A DNA stretch of 63,885 bases, the filler included, from Olpidium bornovanus S191 (Eukaryota; Fungi; Olpidiomycota): the NCBI GenBank assembly GCA_017911155.1. It is 31 parts of 31 records of this genome, joined end to end, with 100 filler letters (N's around TTAATTAATTAA, not from the genome) between each part and the next. Parts side by side here need not be neighbours in the genome. Positions count along the whole stretch, not along the records: positions 22,476 to 24,983 come from JAEFCI010000758.1; positions 25,084 to 27,319 come from JAEFCI010003470.1; positions 27,420 to 28,578 come from JAEFCI010011427.1; positions 28,679 to 30,656 come from JAEFCI010011866.1; positions 30,757 to 33,061 come from JAEFCI010003410.1; positions 33,162 to 34,858 come from JAEFCI010001692.1; 25 more parts are not named here. The stretch is one strand, 5' to 3'. Below are positions 24,373-34,958 of the stretch, piece after piece. The notes beneath the pieces are model-generated. The model was not told where the DNA came from, searched no databases, and was given only the letters and a program-made list of their open reading frames with translations. How positions within the stretch are numbered: position 1 is the stretch's first letter; every line of letters begins with the position of its first letter. A program made the position numbers and the translations under genes.

Positions 24373-24736
24373 CGATCGGCGAAATCTGCAAGTAGACGTG
24401 GAAGAGGCTATCTATCAAAGTGGAGTTACAGGACGAAGGAGGGACCAAAACTGACTGGAGGAGGGCGCCGCAGGCTTCGGTACTTCTGTCCTCGTGGACG
24501 GCGCGAAACCTCCATGCGTAATGGATAAAGCGGATCATCCGCCAGCGCAGAGTGCATTGACGTTCTGGCGTCGGTCGATCGGCAACGCACGCAGCTGCGG
24601 CCGCGAGCGAACTCCGGGAGTCTCGCAACCGGTGCGCCCAGAAGGCCGTGTATATCCGACGGGTGGTAGCGTCGAGACGCCTCTCGGTGAAGGCGGACGA
24701 GGTGGACGCAGGGGCAGCGGACCCAGAGGACGACAT
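24365..24736 (-). CDS. Upstream antisense ORF, probably the frameshifted N-terminus of the 23509-24372 protein
   Basis: Starts MSSSGSAAPAS and overlaps the downstream ORF by 8 nt. VHED..ALLQSVLV resembles VEHDD..ALHFSLVL, which is in frame in the second copy. Confidence 0.5.
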   Translation of the reverse strand: MSSSGSAAPASTSSAFTERRLDATTRRIYTAFWAHRLRDSRSSLAAAAACVADRPTPERQCTLRWRMIRFIHYAWRFRAVHEDRSTEACGALLQSVLVPPSSCNSTLIDSLFHVYLQISPIDD

Positions 24737-25245
24737 TGTGGCTGGGTGAACGGGTGGACGCGGCGGAGAGTGAAGTGCGGAGTAATGGTGCGGGGCGAGG
24801 GGCGTTGGTGGAGCCAAATCCGACTCGTTAAAACACAAAAGAGCTATCAGTCACGTGGCGGACCGTGACTTTCGAGACAAGCTCATCAATCACGGGGGGG
24901 CGTCTGTAGTGAAGGGAAACGAAGGGTGCGAGGGGCTAACGGAGGAAACTGTGAGGAAACCAAAAACCGCGCGTTAAATTCCANNNNNNNNNNNNNNNNN
25001 NNNNNNNNNNNNNNNNNNNNNNNNNNNTTAATTAATTAANNNNNNNNNNNNNNNNNNNNNNNNNNNNNNNNNNNNNNNNNNNNCAAAGGCATAATCTGAT
25101 GGCAGATTCTGAAGTAGAGGCAGAGACCCCGGCGCAATATCCGAGAGAACGAAGCTCACCGAGGCGTAGTAAAAACATCTGACAGGGCTTATATCCAGCG
25201 CATGTTTTCCGGTTTTTTGCCGTCCGCAGAAGAGCTGACTGCCCG

Positions 25246-25282
<37 letters not shown>

Positions 25283-25453
25283 AAATTTCCCCACACCCCC
25301 TTCCACCCCGCTCCTCCCTCTCCTCCCTCTCCTCTCTCACACGCACCACGCCGGGGCCCCCTTTTCCACCCGCGCGCGCCCACGACGGCGAAGACGCAGC
25401 AGCAGGATTCGCTGGTTTTCACCACTGCGGCCTGCGGAGCAGGGTCTCGTACA

Positions 25454-27319
25454 ATGGCCGGGCCCGCCGCACGTGGCCCGGAGGGACTCGACCGTGGTCA
25501 CCAGCAGCAGCAGCAGCAGCTGGACACGCGCAAGCCGGTCTTCATCATCCTCGGCAAACCTGGATGCGGAAGGACGACCCTGGCCGTGGGCCTGGCCAAG
25601 GCCATGGACATGGAACTGATCTCGCCGCAGGCGGTCCTCGAGACGGCCGGCCAGTACGACCCGGAGCTGGGAAGGGAGATCAGCGAGGCCGTTCTGAGCG
25701 GCAGGGAGGTGTCGACCCAGCTGGTGGTGAAAGCGATGCAGGCCAAGCTGAAAGCGGAGGAGACCGCGTTCAAAGGTGGGGCCGCCCCATTCCCGCCCTT
25801 CTTTTTATTTCTTTTATTTTTTTATTTTATTTTTTTTTATTTCTTTTTGTTCTCGCTGCCGATAATCGTCGCAGGCGGAAGAGTGGTGATCCCCTTCTAA
25901 TCAGCTGAGCGCCTCGCCCCCGCGCTCGCAAAAAGGTTACGTCCTGGAGGGAGTGCCAGCCTCCGGCCGCCCTTCGGGATCGGCGGTGTCCCCCGATTTG
26001 CAACTGCTGACGAGGGCAACGGTGGGCGAGCACAGGAACCAGAAGCCGGTCTTGATCCAGCTGCAAATCGACGATGCTGAGCTCAAGGCGCGGAGGACTC
26101 GCCAGCTAGTCGATCCGGTTACCGGGATCGTATACTCCAGCGCGCAGGTACATTATTCGGAGTCGGCGCTCGCGTTCGCTAAAGCTGCAGAAGAAGGCGG
26201 CGGCGAGGACGACGAGCACGCCGGAAGCACCCCAGACGTTAAGGCGTCGTCGGTGTCTCTTGCGGAGCTGGAACCCATCACGGATGTGAAAGAGTTGGTC
26301 TGGGACCCGACATTAGACGAAAACCTCGACCCGGAGCCGCCGGCAGACGCAGACGAGGACGAGCCGGAGGAAGAGGAGGAGGCCCCGGTGAACTTCGAAC
26401 GGCGCCAGATGCGACTGCGGCGCGCGGCTACGAGAAAGGCCGTTTTTTCTGGAAAATGCAATTGGGAGGAGTTGGACGAGGGTGTCCTGCAGCGGTGAGG
26501 CGTTCTCTCCGTTGTTCTCAGATCGGCCCCGTCCTCCCCTCCCCCCCTCCCACCACCGAATAAATGGGAAAGAAGAAAAAAAAAGAGAGAGAACGGAAAG
26601 AGCAAAAAAAAAAAAAAAAAAAATGGCGGCTGACAGCGCGCACGTCAGACTCGTTCGGCGCCCGGAAGACGAGATTGCGTCCGTGGAAAAATCGCTTGTC
26701 GAATACACGCAACACGCCGCCTACCTGAGGACGCTTGTCAACGCGCACTTCGACAACATTCGGCGGATCGTCGTCGACGCCACTCAGAATCCCGACGCCG
26801 TACTGCTGAACGTTCTGCAGCAGATTGACCAGAAGAGGCTGTTCGCGGCCGGTCGGAACGTAATGCCGAAGAGGATTGGGACGCCCGAGAAGGCGGTCGG
26901 CTTCAGATGTCAGTGTTTGGCCGAGGACGCTGCGGAAAGTTTGGGCGGCAAATAGGCGAAGGCTTTTGGAAGCTTGTCAGTGACATTTGTTCCGACAGCT
27001 CTTCCGGCGGACGACGTGATCAGGTACCTGAGCGAAGTGGATCTGGAACCGGGCCTGCCGCGGCGCGAACTCAGCGTCTGGGGCACCTACTGTCCGGTCA
27101 CGTACTACAACGACTCTTCGCTGGCCGAAGGACAATTCGCAACATCGGTCGCCTACAAGGTGGACAAAAAAAAAAACAACTTTTTCCGACGCCTTTTAAC
27201 GTTGTCCCCGCGAATTGAACGGCCGGATCAACGCGCCATTCCCCTCCCCCCTAACCTCGTCTTACGCGCAGGGCAAGCTTTACTTCCTCTTGTCGGAAAC
27301 CACGCTGAAGGCGTTCATG
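25454..27319 (+). CDS. AK9: Adenylate kinase 9-like protein (multi-AK, cilium/flagellum-associated), 3'-partial
   Basis: P-loop FIILGKPGCGRTT, KGYVLEGVP, LID-like RRTRQLVDPVTGIVY, LVRRPED, and WGTYCPVTYY..LAEG..SVAYKG (AK9 YHS-like CPV motif). Confidence 0.82.
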
Positions 27320-27419
27320 NNNNNNNNNNNNNNNNNNNNNNNNNNNNNNNNNNNNNNNNNNNNTTAATTAATTAANNNNNNNNNNNNNNNNNNNNNNNNN
27401 NNNNNNNNNNNNNNNNNNN

Positions 27420-28174
27420 GTTTCCTCCAAAAGCTCGCTGAAGAAGACGAAACGCCAATATGATACGAACAAGAGTATGAGCTTTGCTGACATTGAGCGC
27501 AACCCGTGCTGGACTCCTCACCGCGGCGGGATCGACATGAAAGCGGCGTATTCCCCGGAGAGAGAAGGAGAGACAGTCGCCAGGATCAGCGGGAGCTGGA
27601 AGGGCGAGATGACCATCCAACGGGGAAATTCTAAGGTGTGCGGATAGAGCGCGTGCTCATGGGCAAATTTTGCTGAGCGACGGCAGCTTTTTCTCTCGGC
27701 GTTGGATTCACCCGGACTGTTCACTCCCACCCTTCACCCCCTCCCGAAACACGTTCGAAACGCACCGCGCAGCCCGTGCCGTTTCTAGACATGCAGAATA
27801 TTGAATGCGCGCCCAAGGAGGTGCGGCCGATTTCGGAACAGCATCCGAAGGAGTCGCGAAGAATCTGGCACGAGGTGTCCGAGGCGATCCGGAACAAGGA
27901 GTTCTCCAAAGCCACGGCGCTGAAGCACGCGCTAGAGGAGGAAGAGCGTAATAAAGCTCGCCAGCGAAAGGAGTCCGGCGAGGAGTTCGTTCCGGTGCTG
28001 TTCCTACCCGAGGAGCTCTGGTGCCGGCCGGGAGTCCCTGTCATGAAGCGGGAAGTCACGGAAAGCCGCCCTTACCTCCCCAAGGCGGCCGTTGCGGGGC
28101 AGGCGCAGAAACTGGGAGATGCAAAATTTGTCATATCCCCGACAGGCGCAGTCGAGACCAGCGGGGAAGCCTAG
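27420..28174 (+). CDS. Oxysterol-binding protein (OSH/ORP) C-terminus, 5'-partial
   Basis: ISGSWKGEM, then VRPISEQHPKESRRIWHEVSEAIRNKEFSKATALKHALEEEERNKARQRKESGEEFVPVLF. Confidence 0.92.
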
Positions 28175-28702
28175 GTGCACTTTTCGGTCGAAACCGGCGT
28201 GGGGACTAGATACGATTTTTTCCCCCGTTCGTTCTCGATCGGAAAGTGGCCCCCTCCCCTCCCCTCCCCTCCCGCCACCGCTGCAGATTTTGCTTTCTCT
28301 CTCATCCGCATGCCACCCCTCTCTCTTTTTCTTCAATCCCAATTTTATTTGTGCTACCATCCAGAGCCGGCCAGGATCACTGGCGCCTATACAGATCGGA
28401 AATTACGACCGCTCACATTTTTTTTTTCTTTTCTTCCTTGTTTTTTGATACCAAGAGCATGGCTTGCGTACGTACCGTTCAATAAACACGAACCACTGAA
28501 ACGGGACGCAATGCAATGTGAGAGAGGGATAGGTCGTATACGTTGACGCCGTCCGATCTCTTGCTGGAAAGGAAGAAANNNNNNNNNNNNNNNNNNNNNN
28601 NNNNNNNNNNNNNNNNNNNNNNTTAATTAATTAANNNNNNNNNNNNNNNNNNNNNNNNNNNNNNNNNNNNNNNNNNNNAAAAGGGGGGGGGGGGGGGGGG
28701 GG

Positions 28703-28751
<49 letters not shown>

Positions 28752-29600
28752 GTCTCGATTCTTCAATTCCTTGCACTGTCGCAACGAAGTATGGCGAGTT
28801 ACAACGTCTGCGGACGCCCTTGGGAGAAAACAAAGAGGATAGTGGGAAGGAGGGAAGGGGCGTCGCCTCGACCGCTACTCTGCTTTCGTAGGTCACCGGA
28901 CAGTTCAGCTTATGGACTTGGTCGCCGTACAGTTCAGCATATGGACATCAGGAAGGGAAAAAAAAAAACTCCCCCTGCTATGGTGGCGGGGCTCCCCGCT
29001 CCTCCGTCGTGCGCGGGCGGCTGTCGCAAAACGTTTTGCCCCCGACGGAGTTGCTTGGAGCGGCCCCCCCCCCCTCATTTTGGCCCCCCCCCCCTGCCCG
29101 ATTTCGAAGAACCAATGTTCTAAGACAGATTAAATCACGATCCGGGTAGACCTCGCGGTACGTATCACGGTGGTCGTACCTTAAGCCAGTGGAACCACGA
29201 CGATAGAGAGTGGCTCGAAAGCCCAGATCACAGTCGCAGAGATGTACAAAGATTATCATCCATGCGGATCTCCAGGGTAACGTGCCGCCGGAAAGGCGCT
29301 CGGGGGTCAGGATGGCGAACGTTCAACTGCGGTACGGTCGGAGCACGAAGTCCGCAATACGTTTCCGTTGACATCACGCCCACAAAGAAAAAAAAAAAAA
29401 TAAATAAAAAAAGTAAAGAGGACGTAACGACGGTGCAAAGGTGCGAACAGGCTTCCCGCCTTCAGACGGCCGGTTTTTTTATTTTTATTTTTATTTTTAT
29501 TTTTTTTTCCCGCACCCCGCGGCGTTTATCGCTCAAAATCTAGTAAATACACGAACAGAAAAAAAAAGGTCACGGGCATCCGGCGTTAAAAAGTTTTACT

Positions 29601-30656
29601 TTATTGTATTGATGGGGCCTGCTCGGCCACCGGTGGAGCGGACGGAACCGCTGCGTCCGGTGTCCCGCGTTGGCCGGCTGAGGTTGCGCTTGTTTGCGGA
29701 CTCGCTTGGTCCGTGGCCTCGGCAGTCGGGCTCCCCAAGTTAATGGCAGGTTGGCCCGCTGCCGAGGTGTCAGCCGCCGGCTCCGACGTAGGAGGTTTTG
29801 GAACGTCCGGTTCTGGCTCTGGCTCTGCCGCCGGCGGGAAAAGCTCGTCCTAACCGGAACGTGGGGGGAAAAACGACGACTTGGGCTCGATTTAAGTTGC
29901 TTTGACATATCCGCGCGGGGAGGGGAGGGGGAAGAGGGGGGGGGGATAATGACCGCGGCTTTTCCAGAAAAGCGGGCCGGCTAAGCGCACCTTCAAATCT
30001 GGTAAGAATTTTCCAACCTCTTTCCACGTTATTTCCCAGAGCACCTTCCGCTGCTGGCGGAGGCGTTCGGTATGTGACGGCACGCCCCGGGCGCCAAAAA
30101 CTTCCGGCTCTTGCTGGTCATTTGGATCAAGGAAGACGCCCGATGTCGACATGACCAGAAGCATGTTCTTCAAGGATTCTGGGACTGCTTCCCGCTGATT
30201 CCGCGAGCGCGAACGGAGGCCGAGTCAATTAAAGCATGACACACTCTCATGTCTCGGGAGAAAAAAAAAAAACAAAACCGCGGCGAGCCCTCTCACACAC
30301 GCACCAAGGAGTCGCCGTTCTCGGCAAGCATGTACGCCCGCATAAACCGGAGGATCTTCGCCCACAAATCCGCCAACCCGGGCCAACCCAGCAGCCGATT
30401 AAGGTGATGCAGGAAGATCTTGCACAACAGACCGGAAAGTCTCATACGCGTCTCGTCCATGCCGTAGGGGTCAAGGCTCCACACCTCCCTTTTCAACAAC
30501 TCTTCCAACAGGGGAAAAAGCACATGATCAAACGACATGACCCAATCCTCCGTGTTCTCAGTCAGAATGTCCGGCAGCAGCAGCGCTCGTTGGAGATACG
30601 TCAAAGCGTGCTGTCGGACGTCTCGGCACGGGTGGTAGCACTGTTGCGACAACCCC
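29601..30656 (-). CDS. GBF1/Gea-type large Sec7 ARF-GEF C-terminus, 5'-partial
   Basis: QQCYHPCRDVRQHALTYLQRALL, FDHVLFPLLEELL, ETRMRLSGLLCKIFLHHL, AVPESLKNMLLVM and LWEITW..FLPDLK. Confidence 0.92.
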
Positions 30657-31255
30657 NNNNNNNNNNNNNNNNNNNNNNNNNNNNNNNNNNNNNNNNNNNN
30701 TTAATTAATTAANNNNNNNNNNNNNNNNNNNNNNNNNNNNNNNNNNNNNNNNNNNNCAGTGCTTCAGCCCCGCCGCTGCCGCCCCCGCAACCTCCGCCGG
30801 TCCACAGCGAAGTCGGCCACATTCCACCGGCGACATCGTACGCGAGTATCGCACGCGCCTGGCCGTGGAGAAGCATGATCCAGCAGAAAGAGGCAACGCA
30901 AGACAGAACAACAGCATTTGCGATCACTGAACCAATTACTGATCTCGACCTTTTACCCGAAAAATAACCACCGCACTTCCCCCGCCAGGAGTAAATGAGA
31001 CCATGTTATGTGGCGACATTAAGAGAAAGCTGCAACGCTTCAGCAAGGACCGTGTGTCTGCATGAGGAGGTTTATCTAGATCTCCAAAATGCATGCACGA
31101 AAATGCATTAAGCCAACAAAGGGGAGAAGGCAGAATGGAAAAAAAAAACAACCAACAAAACGTTCGACATGAAGAGCGCGCGCGCAGCAGAACAACTAGA
31201 TGACGGGTGGATAACGAGAAAACCAGCTGCCCGTAACTCCGTTTGGACGGCAAAT

Positions 31256-32689
31256 TCACGACTGTCGCCTTTTCGGCGACGCGGCGTCCACTTCCGCGTC
31301 ATCCTCGTCCTTCTCGTCCTCCTCGTCCTCGTCGCCGCCGTCGCCGTCGCCACCGGCGTCGCCCAAAGCCCTGCCCTCGCGCATTTCCGCCTTGACCTCC
31401 TCGTCATCCTCGACCTCGCCTCCGGCCCGCTCCTGCACTTTGACCTCACCATTGTCCTGCTGCTCGTCGTCGCCGCCGGCGGGGGGTGACTGCGCTTTCT
31501 CGTTTTTCTCCCTCGCCGCCTCCTGTTCGCGAAGAAACTCCTCTTTCTCCTTCTCCTCCTCGGCGGCGATCCGCGCGAACTCGACCACCAGTTCGCGCTT
31601 CCGCTCCGCGAGCATCGCCTGGGTGCTTTCGACGTGACGAGAAGGCAAGTAGTACAGCGGGGGCGACGTACGTGTAATTAAAAAATTGGACGCATCCCTC
31701 AGCTGTGACCGTTTCGCTTCCCTCTGGATTTGAGGTGAATCGTTAGCGACGGAGGGAGCTCGTGCGCAGCAGCTCCGTCATTTGACCGTGACTCACAGCA
31801 TCGGCAGCACTTCGGATTCTCATTTCCTCGCGTTCCTTTTCGATGCGCGCGATTCGAGCCTCCTTCTCCTCCTTGATTTTCTGTGCAATCTCCTCTTTTT
31901 CGCGCGCTAGCCGCTCTTGAAGCCGGCGCTCCGTCTCCGCGCGCTTTTCGGACTGCCAAAAAAAGGAAATAACATTGTAGTCGTCGCCAGTCTCGATAAT
32001 ATTCTTGAGCAAACAGCCAACTCCAAACCCGCGAATTCGGCAGCCTCACCATTTTGCTCTTCTTGGCGTTGTCGGCTTCGGTGCGGTGTAGGGTGCCGAG
32101 GATCAGGCCAAACAGGCGCTGGCCGCGCTTCTTGAACTCCGGGTTGTCATCAAGCGCGAGGCGCGGTCTCTTGGGCTCGTTGGGCACCTAACGGAACCGC
32201 GACGCCACATGTTGACACGGCCGGCGGCGACCAGCGCGAACCCAAGATGAGCATCAACCGCGGGGATTCCAAACATTTCAGGCAAAAGGAGAGCGCGCCG
32301 TTTTCCCTGACCCCGCCACGTACCTCTCCGGGTGTGTCGGGGAACTGGCCAGACCTGCGCCGTTTCGCCGCATCACTCCTGCGGGCCTCCCTTTCGGCAT
32401 CGGACTCTCTCGGGACGACCAGGCTCTGTTGGGGAATGACCACGCTCGACGTGACAATCACAGGGCTTTTCTCGCGCAAAAATAGGCAAAAGGACGAGGG
32501 AAGGAGGGGGCAGGCGCGCGCGTCGGTCAAAAAAAAAAAAAAGCGGAAGACGGGAAAAAGCAACTCGGTATCAGTTTTCGGCCGGCCCGCGCAGCCTTTC
32601 GGCTGAGGCGCAAATACGGTCGGTTCCGGAGCAGGCAAAGACTCGGAAACCGACAGGGAGGCCGTCACCAACGTCCGCAGGGCCTGCAA
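31256..32689 (-). CDS. Pinin/SDK/memA domain protein (start uncertain)
   Basis: KKRGQRLFGLILGTL, KRAETERRLQERL and PPLYYLPSR, followed by an acidic tail, over several exons. Confidence 0.85.
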
Positions 32690-32944
32690 GGTCTTTAGGT
32701 CGCTCGCTGTGCTGCACCGGCCATCTTCCCTCCCCCTCCCCCCCCCTACCCTCTCCTCCCTCCCTCAGCCCTCCCCCCTCCGCGCGCACACTGCGGCCGG
32801 GACATTGACCGCGCCAACGTTTTGTCCCTGGCCCGTCACTATCTTCGGTTCGTCCACCCTCCGAAGGTAAGAAAGAGCGGGGGGGATCTCTCTCTCATGT
32901 CAATCTCTTTCTCTTTCTTTTCTGTTTCGTGTCTCTCTCTTTCC

Positions 32945-33061
<117 letters not shown>

Positions 33062-33167
33062 NNNNNNNNNNNNNNNNNNNNNNNNNNNNNNNNNNNNNNN
33101 NNNNNTTAATTAATTAANNNNNNNNNNNNNNNNNNNNNNNNNNNNNNNNNNNNNNNNNNNNCCAGCC

Positions 33168-33200
<33 letters not shown>

Positions 33201-33427
33201 CTTTTGCGTGGGGGACTCGCTCGATTCCCCCTTTTATTTTGGGAGGACGGCGCCGAAAGAAAGCGAAAGGGAGGCTTTTTTTTTTTTTTTTTTTTTTTTT
33301 CCCTTTTGCTCTCCAACGTCCCCTTCCCCCTTCCCCTCCCGACGACGACGTTCCCGAGCGGAAACCACCCCGAAACAGCCGCGATCCATCGCGACGGAGG
33401 CAGCAGCAGCCATCCGTAAAAAAAAGA

Positions 33428-34858
33428 ATGCGCGTCGTCCTTATCCGGGCTTTGCCCAGCGCCGTGCTTCCATTGGTGCATTTGCCGCGACCCGATTTCG
33501 CCACGCGAGCGACCACGGTCGACCGCGTCGGCATCCTCCAACGGCCCGTGTCCGCGGCGGAAGCCTCTTCCCTCCGCGACGTGGCGCGTCGTCCTAGCCG
33601 GGCGCCGCCCGAGCCCCCACAGGAGGCGGTGCGGAAGGGGACGCTCGCGGTTCCAGTGCTGGGTACAGACCGGCGTCGAAGGACCGCTCGGCGATGGTCG
33701 AAGGAAGAGGTCGTGAAGTTGCGGAACATGGCCGAAGCGGCAACGGCGAAAGGGAAAGTTTCCGGCTGGTCACTAATTGCTCAAGCGCTAGGGAGGTCCA
33801 CCTTATCTTGCCGGAGAAAGCTAGCTGCTGTGCGTCGATCACCTGCTCGACCCAGAATGTGGACTGATGAACAGGTGGCCAAGCTCCGAGGGCTGGTCTC
33901 TGCTGCGCTGGCAGAAGAGAACCGTCACTTCGACTGGAAACCGATATCTCAGGAGCTCGGGAGGACCGTCACGGCATGCGCGCTAAAGGCGAGACGTGTT
34001 GGAGGCTTCTCATCCACGCCTAAACGGTCTACGAAAGCTGGGAGCTCGGTCTTGGCGGCAAATGCCGAGTGGGAACCGTTGGTTCGAGCGGTCGCGAAAA
34101 AACATCCCAGGAAAAAGGCGGTGAATCCTGCGCGACGCCGTGTGCCACACCGTGCACCATACATTTACTGGACGGAAAGCGACCTGTCCTTGCTTCGTAC
34201 GCATGTCGAAACGGCGCGATCAGCGGGCTGGACGCGGAGGCAAACGTTCGACGCAGCAAGCAAGTTGCTCGGAAGGGGCTTTTCATCTTGCGTTGTTAAA
34301 GCGTCGTCGCTCGGGCTGACTTCAAGGAAACAACAGGCCGCCGGCGGCCATCTGCCGGATCTGCAGGATCTGCGGAACTTATGCCTGGAGAGGAGGCGGA
34401 TTTTGCAAGAATCTTGGCGCGAGATCGGGCAGGAGGTTGGGAGTCATTGGTGGTCCGAGATTGTTGCAGAATCCCGCGGGCTTGGTGACGGTGGGCGGAC
34501 TTCGGTACATATTCTAACGAAGGTAGATATTCCGACGGCGATGACCCAAAGCGAATTCGAGCGTTTTAGTTGGCCTCGCACTTGGGAGGCTTCGGACGGC
34601 CTCGTGGAAGATGCTCCAGACGGGACCCGGCGGCGCCAGGCAGAGCACCATCGCGGTTACCTGATGCCTTACCGACTTTCCAGCTGCAGATGCTGCAGGA
34701 CTTGTGTTTTGCGATCGCCAAGGACGGGAGTAAACCTTCATGGAAATCAATCGCACGGCAGGTCGGGATGAGCTATCAGTGGTGTGCTTCCAAAGCAAAG
34801 TCTCTCGGGTTCTGCGATGACTGGAGTCCGAACCTTTCGGAAGATGCATTGTCGGTAA
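33428..34858 (+). CDS. Multi-Myb/SANT-repeat protein, 3'-partial
   Basis: RWSKEEVVKL..WSLIAQALGRSTLSCRRK; MWTDEQVAKL..DWKPISQELGRTVTAC; YWTESDLSLL..LLGRGFSSC; and a later exon with SWKSIARQVGMSYQWC. Confidence 0.82.
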
Positions 34859-34958
34859 NNNNNNNNNNNNNNNNNNNNNNNNNNNNNNNNNNNNNNNNNN
34901 NNTTAATTAATTAANNNNNNNNNNNNNNNNNNNNNNNNNNNNNNNNNNNNNNNNNNNN

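Larger units (their letters stand above)
22476..24983 (+). mobile_element. 3' part of a Ty3/gypsy LTR retrotransposon with an extra antisense coding region
   Basis: Integrase C-terminus on +, then minus-strand ORFs, then a G-rich PPT (about 24892-24900) followed by TGTAG at 24905 (LTR start). Confidence 0.75.

Noticed and set aside
28790-29270. Plus-strand exons and a 17-nt near-repeat (cagttcagc(t/a)tatggac)
   Set aside because: Only two short copies and no assignable product; too weak to call.
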